Sequence record: NC_028847.1
DNA from: Escherichia phage QL01
Strand: one strand, 5' to 3'
DNA length: 64,000 nt
Part shown: in pieces, positions 9,139 to 19,113 of the stretch
Numbering within the stretch: the stretch's first letter is position 1
Layout: each line of letters opens with the position of its first letter
Notes under the pieces: model-generated
What the model was told of the DNA's origin: nothing
Databases searched by the model: none
Seen by the model: the letters and a program-made list of their open reading frames with translations, nothing else
Translations under genes and position numbers: made by a program

Positions 9139-10304
9139 GTTCAAAAACTATGCAACGTGAAGGCTTTCCTAATATTAGTATACGCCTTTACGAAGATTAT
9201 GACGCCTGGTTAGAGCATCGTTTTGTTGAACTAGGCGCGACATTTACTACTCTAACAATGCGAGATGGGCTTTACGGTAGTAATGAAGGGTTGCTTCAGT
9301 TTTATGATGCAAAGAACCTTCATACTAAAATGGATGGTGAGCAGATTATTCAAATTTCTGTTAAGAATGCTAACTCTGAACGTACCCAATCAAGAATTTA
9401 TGGAAGTAAACACTTTGCTGTAGGAGTGGATTCGAAGGGCGACAATATCATAACAATACAACTCGCCCCAATCCACTTTTTAGAGAATCTTAAATTTAGT
9501 CGTATGTTCTTCCCGAGTGTTCAAGAAACATTAACTGAAATGATTGGTGTTATTTATCAAGACCGTCCGCTTCTTGCTCCTCCTTTGAACGGGATAAACG
9601 TTTACGTTCCTAATGTTCCTTGGTGTGATTCAATGGACCGTTATATGGAATTTGTACGAGAAGTAGGTATGGCCGTTGAATCTGATAAATTTGTATTTGT
9701 CTGGGAAGATATAGATGGTATTTCTATCATGGACTACGAATTTATGGTTAACCAAGAGCCTATTAATTTTGTAGTGGGTGAACCGCGATTAATAGGTCAA
9801 TACGTTCAAGATATGGATACACCTATCGCATTTGATTTTGAATGGTTAACTAAAGCCAACCAACATTCCAGAAAACCATATGAAAACGCTACTGTATACG
9901 CCCACTCTTTCTTAGACAAAAACGCCACACGAATTACTTTTGGTGACGGGCAAAACAGTATATTGGTTTCTCGCTCCGGTGGATATTCTGATTATACCTA
10001 CCGAAACGGTTTTGAAGAAGCCGATAGATTAGTTACTATGGCCCAATACGATGGATACGCTCATTGTAAGGTATATGGTAACTTTGAACTAACTCCAGGC
10101 GATAAGATTAATTTCTATGACCCTAAAAACCAATTCCAGTACGATTTTTATGTAGACGAAGTTATTCATGAAGTGAGTAACAATACATCAATTACAAACC
10201 TTTATATGTTTACTAATGGTAAGCCTATTAAGATTGAAGAACCGCCGAAGGTTAAAAATGAACTTAAAACTGATACTCCCGATCAAGAAAATAACGCTGG
10301 GTGA
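9135..10304 (+). CDS. 27: Baseplate hub protein gp27
   Basis: 389 aa (T4 gp27 is 391 aa); ATGA overlap with gene 51. Confidence 0.9.
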   Translation: MSSKTMQREGFPNISIRLYEDYDAWLEHRFVELGATFTTLTMRDGLYGSNEGLLQFYDAKNLHTKMDGEQIIQISVKNANSERTQSRIYGSKHFAVGVDSKGDNIITIQLAPIHFLENLKFSRMFFPSVQETLTEMIGVIYQDRPLLAPPLNGINVYVPNVPWCDSMDRYMEFVREVGMAVESDKFVFVWEDIDGISIMDYEFMVNQEPINFVVGEPRLIGQYVQDMDTPIAFDFEWLTKANQHSRKPYENATVYAHSFLDKNATRITFGDGQNSILVSRSGGYSDYTYRNGFEEADRLVTMAQYDGYAHCKVYGNFELTPGDKINFYDPKNQFQYDFYVDEVIHEVSNNTSITNLYMFTNGKPIKIEEPPKVKNELKTDTPDQENNAG

Positions 10305-10785
10305 CAAAGAGATTTCCATTCCTAAATTGGGTCTTAAACACCAGAAATTGGTTAAAGATGAAAAGGACCCTTACAAGGCCCTCTATATGACAATGGAATC
10401 TATTTGTAAAGGACTGTCTGCAGCAGAAACAGATTTTGCTGCTTTACACCTTTTAGAATTCAACGGACGATTAAAAGAAAAAGTAACTAAAGATGGATTC
10501 ACATATAATTTAAATGACCTTTATATTTGCCAACGACTTGAATTCCAGTTCCAAGGTAAAACGTTTAAATTTAAATCACATGAACCATTTCAAACATTTG
10601 GTCCTGTTGATAGTGTACTACAATCTCTTTATCTTGGTGATGATGTACCAGATTTTCTGGATATGCCTGCCTTTGTTGCTACATGGGCCGACGATATAAC
10701 TTCTACTGTAGCTATCCCTGGTCCTAATGGTCCTATCAAAGGATTGCTTAAAATCATGGATATCTTAAATGAAGAACGAATCTAA
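10258..10785 (+). CDS. 28: Baseplate hub distal subunit gp28
   Basis: From internal ATG: [16 protein letters not shown]...LHLLEFNGR...[13 protein letters not shown] matches recalled T4 gp28; overlaps 3' end of gene 27. Confidence 0.8.
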   Translation: MNLKLILPIKKITLGDKEISIPKLGLKHQKLVKDEKDPYKALYMTMESICKGLSAAETDFAALHLLEFNGRLKEKVTKDGFTYNLNDLYICQRLEFQFQGKTFKFKSHEPFQTFGPVDSVLQSLYLGDDVPDFLDMPAFVATWADDITSTVAIPGPNGPIKGLLKIMDILNEERI

Positions 10786-12505
10786 TCAGAATAGTTTTCG
10801 TCGCAATAAACTGATTGAAGAAATGGCTCCTCAGCGTCGTGCTGAGGCGCTAGCCCAAACTCAGAACGACGAATTAGGAAATATATCAGATGTTTTATCC
10901 GATTCCCAGGCGGCGTCTGAATTGCTCTCTGAAGTTGTTGAGACAAAGTCTAACCAGATTATTAATTCTGTAGACCGAGTAGACAAAAGCGTCCAAGATG
11001 TTGTCGCTGGAACAGAATTAACGGCCGAAGCCATATCAGAACAAACCCAACAGTCTAAAGCTCTTTCGGATGCATTAAACGAAAAGATTAATAAGCTTTC
11101 TAATATGTTGGAGGCTAAATTTTCTGGTATTTCTATTCCACCGGAAGGGAGCTCATTAAAGGTTATTGAAGACTCTATTCCAGAAGAACCTAAGGCCGAA
11201 ACTCCTAAAGTTCCTGCTGTTGTTGAAGATATTCTTCCACCTGAAGATAATAAACCTGACGCCGAATTTATGCCTGAGCCTCCTAAAAATTCAGATGAAG
11301 GTAAAGAAGGTGATAAGACTTCTCTTTCCGAGAAAATCGAAGCCCTTACTAAAATAACTGAAAAGGGATTTAAAGCTTCTATAGGCGTCGCTGATAGAAT
11401 TTCAGGCATGCTTTTTAAGTATACCATTACCGCTGCCGCTGAAGCTGCTAAACTCGCAGCAGGTTTAGTCCTTTTAATATTTGGTATAGATGCCATTCGC
11501 GTATACTTCCAATATTTCATGGACCAATTTGAGTCAGGGTGGAAAGAATTTAACGATAAGTTTAAAGAGTGGGGACCATTACTTGAAGGGCTAATGACAT
11601 GGGCCAAGAATGCTGAAGCCATGTTTAGTGAAGGAAACTGGTTAGGTCTGGCTGAAGCTATTATTCGTGGTATGGTTAATCTTACCAAAAATATGGCACA
11701 ACTTTTAATGCTTGGTATTTCTAAGTTGATTTCTGCTATTTTAAGTAAAATACCTGGTATGGGTGATTTAGCTGAAAACGTAGAGGCTTCTGCTTTAATG
11801 TCATATCAGCAAAATACCGGAGCCACTTTGGACGATGAAGACCAAACTAAAGTGGCCAAGTACCATGATAGACGTTCAGCCGAGGCTTTAGAAACAGCCG
11901 AGAAAATGAATAAGAAGTATAAGGATAAACCTGAGCTTATAAACCAGGCAGAGAAATACGGTAATCTTACTAAAGAACAAGCCGACCAATTACGCGCAGG
12001 TGGAATTGACACAAGCTTCCGTGACCTCCCTGAAGAAGAACGTTTAGAGTATTTCAAGAAACGTGATAAAGCTCAGGCTGATATTATTCGTTTGACACAA
12101 ACCGCTGATAATATAATGAAGCCAGATTCTAAAGATATCGAAAATGCTAAAGCATTTAAAGCTGATATCGAGAAACAATTGGCAGACCCTATTATGGCTA
12201 AAGGTGGGGCACCGAAAGACCTTAATATCCAGCAATTACTCGATAAGATGAATAAATCTTTAGAGAAATTTAATGAAGCTGAAAAGCCTAAACCTGCTTC
12301 TGTAGCGGAATCTCCTGAAAATACCCAGGTTAAAAAGGTTGATGAGCAAATGAGAGCAAAGGAAAATGCTAAATATAGTCAGCAAGCTCCAACTCAAATA
12401 AATCAGCAAACGAATATCAAGAAAACGAGTAAGACAAGCTATAATATGCCCCCACAGTCCTCTACTCCGGCCCCTGGTATGCGTCAAGCTACTAAAGTTA
12501 ATTAG
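10769..12505 (+). CDS. 29: Baseplate hub / tail length determinant gp29
   Basis: 578 aa (T4 gp29 is 590 aa); coiled-coil-rich; position. Confidence 0.85.
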   Translation: MKNESNQNSFRRNKLIEEMAPQRRAEALAQTQNDELGNISDVLSDSQAASELLSEVVETKSNQIINSVDRVDKSVQDVVAGTELTAEAISEQTQQSKALSDALNEKINKLSNMLEAKFSGISIPPEGSSLKVIEDSIPEEPKAETPKVPAVVEDILPPEDNKPDAEFMPEPPKNSDEGKEGDKTSLSEKIEALTKITEKGFKASIGVADRISGMLFKYTITAAAEAAKLAAGLVLLIFGIDAIRVYFQYFMDQFESGWKEFNDKFKEWGPLLEGLMTWAKNAEAMFSEGNWLGLAEAIIRGMVNLTKNMAQLLMLGISKLISAILSKIPGMGDLAENVEASALMSYQQNTGATLDDEDQTKVAKYHDRRSAEALETAEKMNKKYKDKPELINQAEKYGNLTKEQADQLRAGGIDTSFRDLPEEERLEYFKKRDKAQADIIRLTQTADNIMKPDSKDIENAKAFKADIEKQLADPIMAKGGAPKDLNIQQLLDKMNKSLEKFNEAEKPKPASVAESPENTQVKKVDEQMRAKENAKYSQQAPTQINQQTNIKKTSKTSYNMPPQSSTPAPGMRQATKVN

Positions 12506-12513
12506 GATTAATA

Positions 12514-13602
12514 ATGAAAGTAAAAGAACTTGACTTTGATGTAGCCTCCTTGTTTAAAGGAGGTTCAAAGACCTCCGCAGGTCAATCTAAAACACCAGCA
12601 ATAAAAACCACGGTAACCGCTCAGTATCCAGCTGAGCGTGCTTCAGGTAATGATACCTCAACCGATATGGTATTAAACGACCTCTATAAAAACGGATTGC
12701 TTTTTACTGCATATAATTTTAGTTCTCGTGTATCTCCGGATTTGCGTAACGACCGTTCGAGTCAAATGACTAAAAAGTTCTCAAGTGCAGCCAACAAATT
12801 AACAGGCAATAGTGGAACATATAGTGCTGTTAAAAACTTATTTGGTGGAAATACTAAGGGCGTTAAATTTGATACCCAAGCCTTAGCTAATATCCTTTTA
12901 CCTCGTTCTAAATCTGATGTGGATTCCGTATCACACAAATTTAATGATGTTGGTGAGTCCTTAATTACTAAAGGCGGTGGTACTGCTACAGGTATTTTAA
13001 GTAACGTTGCTAGTACCGCGGTATTTGGTGCATTAGAATCTGTGACTAACGGCGTAATGGCTGATTCAGGCGAACAGATATACACTACAGCTCGTAGTAT
13101 GTACGCCGGTCCGGATAACCGTACTAAGGTATTCACTTGGGAAATGACTCCACGAAATGCCCAAGACCTTATCCAGATTATTAAAATATACGAAATCTTC
13201 AACTATTATTCTTACGGCGAAACGGGTAATTCGGCTTTCGCAGGTGAATTAAAAGAGAAGATTGATACTTGGTATCGTTCTACATTTAAAAAAGAAGCTA
13301 TTGACAAGTTTGATGGTAAGCTATTAGGGGAAAGTATTACAAGCTTCCTTTCTAATGTTATTGTGGTAAGTAACCCAACCATTTGGTATATCCGAAACTT
13401 TGGTGATAGCAGTTCATATGATGGTCGTGAAGATATTTTTGGCCCATGCCAAATCCAGAGTATCCGTTTTGATAAAACTCCGGACGGCCATTTTAACGGA
13501 TTGGCTATTGCTCCTAACTTACCATCTACGTTTAGTTTAGAAGTTACTTTCCGTGAAATTATTACTCTGAACCGTGGCTCACTTTATACGGAAGGATTCT
13601 AA
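12514..13602 (+). CDS. 48: Baseplate tail tube cap gp48
   Basis: 362 aa (T4 gp48 is 364 aa); position. Confidence 0.85.
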   Translation: MKVKELDFDVASLFKGGSKTSAGQSKTPAIKTTVTAQYPAERASGNDTSTDMVLNDLYKNGLLFTAYNFSSRVSPDLRNDRSSQMTKKFSSAANKLTGNSGTYSAVKNLFGGNTKGVKFDTQALANILLPRSKSDVDSVSHKFNDVGESLITKGGGTATGILSNVASTAVFGALESVTNGVMADSGEQIYTTARSMYAGPDNRTKVFTWEMTPRNAQDLIQIIKIYEIFNYYSYGETGNSAFAGELKEKIDTWYRSTFKKEAIDKFDGKLLGESITSFLSNVIVVSNPTIWYIRNFGDSSSYDGREDIFGPCQIQSIRFDKTPDGHFNGLAIAPNLPSTFSLEVTFREIITLNRGSLYTEGF

Positions 13603-14555
13603 TGTATACTTTACAAGAATTTCAGAATCAGGCAATTAATATTGACCTACAAAGGAATAACCTGTTTAGTGTGGTATTTGCCACAGTTCCTTCTTCTAAA
13701 TCTCAGACGCTCCTCGACCAGTTCGGTGGAGCTTTATTTAACAATATCCCATTGAATAGCGATTTGTTTGGTATTACACAAGGAGAGTTGACCCAAGGTG
13801 TTACGACATTAGTGACAGCGGGCACTCAGAAGTTGATTCGTAAGTCAGGCATAAGTAAATATTTGATTGGAGCTATGTCATCCAGGGTTGTGCAGAGCTT
13901 ACTAGGAGAGTTTGAAGTAGGTACATATCTGATGGATTTTTTCAATATGGCCTATCCTACGGCAGGTCTTTTAGTCCACGCCGTTAAAATCCCGGATAAT
14001 ACTTTGAACTATGAAATGGATTTGAACCACAACTCACCTAACATCAAAATTACCGGAAGAGAATATTCTCCATTAGTATTAAGCTTCCGTATGGATTCTG
14101 AAGCTGCTAACTACCGTGCTTTTAATGATTGGGTTAATAGTGTTCAAGACCCTATTACACAATTAAGAGCATTACCCGAGGATGTTGAAGCCGACATTCA
14201 AGTCAACCTTCATTCTCGTAATGGATTACCCCATACAGTAGTAATGCTTAATGGTTGTGTTCCTGTTGGTGTTTCGTCACCGGAATTATCCTACGACGGT
14301 GATAACCAAATTGCTTCATTTGATGTTACATTTGCTTATAGAAGTGTACAGACGGGTGCAGTTGGTAAACAAGCTGCTTATGAGTGGTTGGAAGATAAGA
14401 TTATTAAAGGCGTCGCTGGGCTAAGTGAGAGCAATTCGCTGAGTTCTTCAGTGGCCAAATTAAGTAGACTTTCAGGAGCTTCTAGTGGATTAACAGGATT
14501 GGTTAATACATTTGGTGGGCGTGCTATTAATAATGGAATATCGAGGCTGTTATAA
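13602..14555 (+). CDS. 54: Baseplate tail tube initiator gp54
   Basis: 317 aa (T4 gp54 is 320 aa); TAATG overlap with gene 48. Confidence 0.85.
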   Translation: MYTLQEFQNQAINIDLQRNNLFSVVFATVPSSKSQTLLDQFGGALFNNIPLNSDLFGITQGELTQGVTTLVTAGTQKLIRKSGISKYLIGAMSSRVVQSLLGEFEVGTYLMDFFNMAYPTAGLLVHAVKIPDNTLNYEMDLNHNSPNIKITGREYSPLVLSFRMDSEAANYRAFNDWVNSVQDPITQLRALPEDVEADIQVNLHSRNGLPHTVVMLNGCVPVGVSSPELSYDGDNQIASFDVTFAYRSVQTGAVGKQAAYEWLEDKIIKGVAGLSESNSLSSSVAKLSRLSGASSGLTGLVNTFGGRAINNGISRLL

Positions 14556-14556
14556 C

Positions 14557-14584
14557 AAAAAAGGAGAGCATATGCTCTCCTTTA
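14557..14584. terminator. Bidirectional terminator between gene 54 and the convergent alt block
   Basis: AAAAAA-GGAGAGCATATGCTCTCC-TTT perfect 18-nt palindrome. Confidence 0.65.
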
Positions 14585-14589
14585 GGGGT

Positions 14590-14880
14590 TTATTTACGGA
14601 ACGAAATGAAACCTGCTGCAGTCATTAATGGCTGCTTTTTAACAAAGACCGTGATAGAAATAGGAGCTTCAGATTCGAGTTGTCCTGTCACTACACCGTT
14701 AAAAATGTTTTCGGTTTGTTCTGGATAAGAAAAATTCTCAACAGGTCGGATATCAAACTGTTTGTCTTCACCGAAAACTCGACGTAATTCATTACCTACG
14801 GCACTGTCAAACTCTTCGGAAGCAGGGATAACGTTTTCAACTACCAGTTCTTGACCATTAAAACGGAATGCAGATTTCAT
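14590..14880 (-). CDS. Hypothetical protein downstream of the alt array
   Basis: 96-aa ORF with SD GAGGAG and its own upstream early-promoter-like element. Confidence 0.6.
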   Translation of the reverse strand: MKSAFRFNGQELVVENVIPASEEFDSAVGNELRRVFGEDKQFDIRPVENFSYPEQTENIFNGVVTGQLESEAPISITVFVKKQPLMTAAGFISFRK

Positions 14881-14908
14881 AATGTTCTCCTCATGTTTGT
14901 GTAAGGTA

Positions 14909-14938
14909 ATAGTACCACATCCTTGTGGTGTTGTAAAC
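14909..14938 (-). promoter_or_regulatory. Early-type promoter (GTTTAC, ~18-nt spacer, TACTAT) for the 96-aa gene
   Basis: Matches T4 early promoter pattern; -35 overlaps stop of alt paralogue A. Confidence 0.45.
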
Positions 14939-17061
14939 TACATTTTGAATTTATTTGATAAAGAAGAGATATCCAAAGACGCGGCAAGGATTTCCATAGC
15001 TTCGTTGCTTTCAGAAACGGATTCATTAACCAAGAATTGACTAAATCCATCCATCAGGCGAACTTCACCAGTTTCCATCAAATGGTCACCATCGTAAACA
15101 GATTCGCTGAGCTCTGAAGGAGGCGTTACGGTAGCTTCCATAAGGTATTTGTGAGATACTCTATCATTCATGGCAAAAGCCGCTACTTTATCAACCTTCA
15201 ACAATAATCCACGCGGAAGGATAATTTCTGCTTCTTCGGCATATTCTGTAAGGTCACCAGGAGCGATAACTTTAACTGCTTCAGCACCTCGAATAACCAT
15301 ACCAATTTCAGCAATTCTATCTGCAGGACCTTCAGGTGCAATTGGATTACCAAACTCGTCTTCTTCCCATTCTACCTCTTCGTCATCGACTTCACCCACA
15401 TCAGATGAACTACCACTAGCCAATTTAAACAACTCATCAGCGGAGGACAAAGAACCTTCACCACCAACAAAAACGGCTTGGTTGTCGAGGGCCATATAAT
15501 TTTTACCGAATTCACCAAAGATGTTAGGCTTTAATGAGGCTGACACAAAGTTCTTAAAGTAAAATGTTTTGTTATCGATATTATGGCGCAGAATTTTGTA
15601 TGGCAAATCCTGACCACGATACAAAATAGTACCCTTAGGAAGTTTAATACCCTTAGTAAATGCTGAGTCTAAATCCTTAATCAATTTAATAGCCGTTGTA
15701 TTGTTTTCGGATTCAGGTTTACCTAAAAGGAATAAGTTCATAGGAGCATATTCAGCCGCGCAATATTCAATAATAGCATTGCTTTCGTCTTTGGTTAGGT
15801 CCTTAGGTTTAATGAGCTCGCCTGAATAAGCATATGCATCACTAATAGAATCGTTAACCAGTTTATAAACGGCTTCCATAGCGAAAGCAATTCTAGATGC
15901 TTTCTCTGAAGGGGAACCCTTAAAACGGGTACTCAGGTTATTAACAATTTTCTTAATAATATCCAGACTATTGGTTGTATTGATTTGCGAAAGGCCACTT
16001 AAAAGTCTATCGACTTCTGTATTAAAAAATGCCATATTATTAGAGTAAATTTCAAACCCTTGTTTATCTCTATTAGCATAATTTAGTTTAAATTTACTAT
16101 CAGTCATTAAAGCGTGTGTGAGAGCAATAGTGTATCTAAAGTTGGCAAGGTCCTCGCTCTTAGATTTAAACTGAGAAGCCTGACGCATTTTAGTAATGGC
16201 ACCTTTTTTAAAGTTCTGACTAATCTGTTCAATACCTTCGTTCTCAGGGCCTTCAGCCGTGTGAACCGGTACAGAAGCTTCAAACTCGTTATAAACCTGC
16301 AATTCTTTAGGGGACAAAGTTTCAGGCTCAGCAGTAGAATACTGCGCGGCCGCAGCCATACGACGCGAAATCTTAGTACGAGAGATAACGGCCTTATCAG
16401 TACGTTTCTCTTCAACTTGTGCAATAGATGCCGCTACGGCTTCTACTTTACTTACGGCCTGGCCTGTTTTCTTAGAAACATACACTTCGCCAACTTTAGA
16501 CTCAACTTTAGTATAAAGATCGGCATTAATTTCAGGCATACCCTTGATATCTTCAATATTAGCACCGCGACGTACTAAAAGAACGTAGGTATGTTTTCCG
16601 CTGAATTGGAACATGTCGTCAACAACTTTAAACTTACCACCGGTACGAGCCATAGCCAAACGAGCTAATACGCGCTGAACGGTAGGACCTTTACCTTTCA
16701 TTTTCTTAGTAGGGAAACGGAATAAAACCGCGTCCATTTTAAGTTTGATTATTTGTTCATATATGGTATCGAAAATGGTGTTCAGTGTACCGAGTGGATC
16801 GGTACCCAAACCACCCTTGAGTTCTGCCGGAGCGCCTTTAGCAGATAAACTCATTAAGATAACATGGACGTACTTATCGCCATTTTTAACCATCTTAATA
16901 GCGTCGCCTTCGGACGCATAAGATACCATACGTGCTACTAAATTGTCATTACCAGGAGCATGTACCGCAAAAATCTGCGGTACGCCTGAGCCAGGTTTAA
17001 GATTTGTTACCGGATAGTTTTTAGCGGAATCGCTATCAAAAACTTCGTTTAAATTTTCCAT
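14938..17061 (-). CDS. alt: Alt-like ADP-ribosyltransferase paralogue A (707 aa)
   Basis: Conserved ~230-aa N-terminal domain with LNE near N-terminus; C-terminal R-S-E motifs (LYRGQ, FVSASL, EAEIILPRG); acidic insertion in catalytic domain. Confidence 0.85.
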   Translation of the reverse strand: MENLNEVFDSDSAKNYPVTNLKPGSGVPQIFAVHAPGNDNLVARMVSYASEGDAIKMVKNGDKYVHVILMSLSAKGAPAELKGGLGTDPLGTLNTIFDTIYEQIIKLKMDAVLFRFPTKKMKGKGPTVQRVLARLAMARTGGKFKVVDDMFQFSGKHTYVLLVRRGANIEDIKGMPEINADLYTKVESKVGEVYVSKKTGQAVSKVEAVAASIAQVEEKRTDKAVISRTKISRRMAAAAQYSTAEPETLSPKELQVYNEFEASVPVHTAEGPENEGIEQISQNFKKGAITKMRQASQFKSKSEDLANFRYTIALTHALMTDSKFKLNYANRDKQGFEIYSNNMAFFNTEVDRLLSGLSQINTTNSLDIIKKIVNNLSTRFKGSPSEKASRIAFAMEAVYKLVNDSISDAYAYSGELIKPKDLTKDESNAIIEYCAAEYAPMNLFLLGKPESENNTTAIKLIKDLDSAFTKGIKLPKGTILYRGQDLPYKILRHNIDNKTFYFKNFVSASLKPNIFGEFGKNYMALDNQAVFVGGEGSLSSADELFKLASGSSSDVGEVDDEEVEWEEDEFGNPIAPEGPADRIAEIGMVIRGAEAVKVIAPGDLTEYAEEAEIILPRGLLLKVDKVAAFAMNDRVSHKYLMEATVTPPSELSESVYDGDHLMETGEVRLMDGFSQFLVNESVSESNEAMEILAASLDISSLSNKFKM

Positions 17062-17064
17062 TAT

Positions 17065-19110
17065 TTACCCTTGGATGAATTTTTCTGGCGTTTCGTCAAA
17101 ATTAATACATGAAGCTAAAATAGGCATTATATCCACCTTGGTCGATTTGACGAATGAATCAAAAGACACAGGGTTGTCGGTCTCTGTTTCTACGCCTTGG
17201 TAAACAACCAATTCGCCGGTTTCCATCAATGCATCACCATCATAGATAACCGCATTTTCTGCTAGTTGGTCTGTGGTCTGGATATCAGCTTCCAATAATT
17301 TGGTGTTGTAGTTTCCTTTATATGAGGCATCTGTAATTTTAGTAATCTTAACAGTAGTTCCACGTGGAAGAATAACCTCTTGTTCTGTTGGAGAACCTGA
17401 CAATTTACCTGGCACAATTACGTTAATAGAGTCTGCACCGGAAATTTTCCAACCGATGTTCATCATTGTATTTTCGGAACTCGTCAGCATACTTGGAAGA
17501 ACAATTTCATTATCGCCTTGGAAAGATGTCCCAGCGCGATAGTCCTGATGAACTGCGGCCATTGCGACGTTTGATACCCAGCCGCCAAAGATAATCGGCT
17601 TAAGGGACGTTGATACATAGTTCCTGAAATAAAACAATTTTGAGTGTTTGATTTTATCAAAAGTGTTAACATTTAAATATTGACCACGCCAAAGTGTAAT
17701 ATCAGGTGGCAATTTATGGCCAATTTCAAATGCTGCATCCATATCATTAATTACTTCAATTACACGATAACTATCAATAAATTCTGCATCCTCTTCATAA
17801 TAATTACCCAACAAATAATTATTAACATCGGTATAATATTGGCCACAATAAGAAGAAATAGCCTCACGCTGCTCATACTCAAATCGATTATCGCTATAAC
17901 TGGCTGTAAAATGCATAACACTTTCTGACGCTTCATTAGCAAAGTCGGTAACAGCAGCACTTATACGTTGAGCATACTCTTGTTCCCAAAGCTCTGCTGC
18001 ATATTCTGCCGCATCCATATTAGGAGGAGCCTCATTCATTTTTCTTTCAATAAATGCAGCTTTGCGAAGGTTAAGAACCTCTGCACATGATTCGGCAAAA
18101 ATCTGCATCTGCTTCATACTGCCGACAGGAGCACGTTTAAGTTCACGATGCATACGGTTAAAAATTGGGTCAGAGTCTTCGACTCGAATTTCTTCTTTCC
18201 AAACACCGTTTGCTCGCATAGCCATATCTGCCGCGCGCATACGCTCCATAGTATTCGTTTCAGAAGGTTGAATAAAAATTTCTAGTTCTTCATAATCATC
18301 GATAAGTTCCGCTGTTGCTGGGGCACTAAATTTTGATGCCTCTGCATCAATCTCATTCCAACCTTCCGGAACTTCATCTCGAGGAGAATACTGGGCTGCG
18401 GCTACAGCACGCCTAGAAATCTTAGTAGTAGTAATAACGGCCTTATCCGTACGTTTTTCTTCGACTGCCGCTATACTAGCAGATAGTGCTTCTATTTTGG
18501 TTACCGATTGGCCTGTTTTCTTGGATACATAAACCTCACCAACTTTAGACTCAACCTTAGTGTAAAGGTCTGCATCAATTTCAGGCATACCTTTTATGTC
18601 CTCAATATTAGCTTGTTTACGGACCAGTAAAACGTATGTATGTTTGCCTGTAAATTGATACATATCATCGACAACTTTAAACTTGCCGCCAGTACGAGCC
18701 ATCGCCAAACGTGCCAATACACGTTGAACAGTAGGACCCTTACCTTTCATTTTCTTGGTAGGGAACCGGAAAAGAACTGCATCCATTTTAAGTTTGTTTA
18801 CTTGTTCGTATACAGTATCAAAAATGGTATTCAGCGTACCAAGTGGGTCAGAACCTAACCCACCTTTCAACTCGGCTGGGCTACCCTTAGCAGACAAACT
18901 CATCAAAATAACATGAACATATTTGTCGCCCGGCTTAACCATTTTAATAGCGTCTCCTTGAGACGCATAAGATACCATACGAGCAACCAGATTATCATTA
19001 CCTGGTGCTTGGATAGAGAAAATCTGTGGAATACCGGAACCCGGTTTAAGATTTGTTACTGGATAGTTTTTAGCGGAATCACTATCAAAAACCTCATTTA
19101 AATTTTCCAT
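17065..19110 (-). CDS. alt: Alt-like ADP-ribosyltransferase paralogue B (681 aa)
   Basis: N-terminal ~230 aa nearly identical to A; divergent middle; ART motifs LWRGQ, YVSTSL, EQEVILPRG. Confidence 0.85.
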   Translation of the reverse strand: MENLNEVFDSDSAKNYPVTNLKPGSGIPQIFSIQAPGNDNLVARMVSYASQGDAIKMVKPGDKYVHVILMSLSAKGSPAELKGGLGSDPLGTLNTIFDTVYEQVNKLKMDAVLFRFPTKKMKGKGPTVQRVLARLAMARTGGKFKVVDDMYQFTGKHTYVLLVRKQANIEDIKGMPEIDADLYTKVESKVGEVYVSKKTGQSVTKIEALSASIAAVEEKRTDKAVITTTKISRRAVAAAQYSPRDEVPEGWNEIDAEASKFSAPATAELIDDYEELEIFIQPSETNTMERMRAADMAMRANGVWKEEIRVEDSDPIFNRMHRELKRAPVGSMKQMQIFAESCAEVLNLRKAAFIERKMNEAPPNMDAAEYAAELWEQEYAQRISAAVTDFANEASESVMHFTASYSDNRFEYEQREAISSYCGQYYTDVNNYLLGNYYEEDAEFIDSYRVIEVINDMDAAFEIGHKLPPDITLWRGQYLNVNTFDKIKHSKLFYFRNYVSTSLKPIIFGGWVSNVAMAAVHQDYRAGTSFQGDNEIVLPSMLTSSENTMMNIGWKISGADSINVIVPGKLSGSPTEQEVILPRGTTVKITKITDASYKGNYNTKLLEADIQTTDQLAENAVIYDGDALMETGELVVYQGVETETDNPVSFDSFVKSTKVDIMPILASCINFDETPEKFIQG

Positions 19111-19113
19111 TAT

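Noticed and set aside
12762-13202. 146-aa minus-strand ORF inside gene 48; 10861..11688 minus ORF inside gene 29
   Set aside because: Antisense to conserved baseplate genes
16107-16578. ORFs of 105 and 154 aa inside alt paralogue A (both strands); similar ones inside B and C (17680..17960, 20485..20952)
   Set aside because: They lie entirely within the much longer Alt reading frames, have low-complexity composition and no start signals; frame-shadow artefacts
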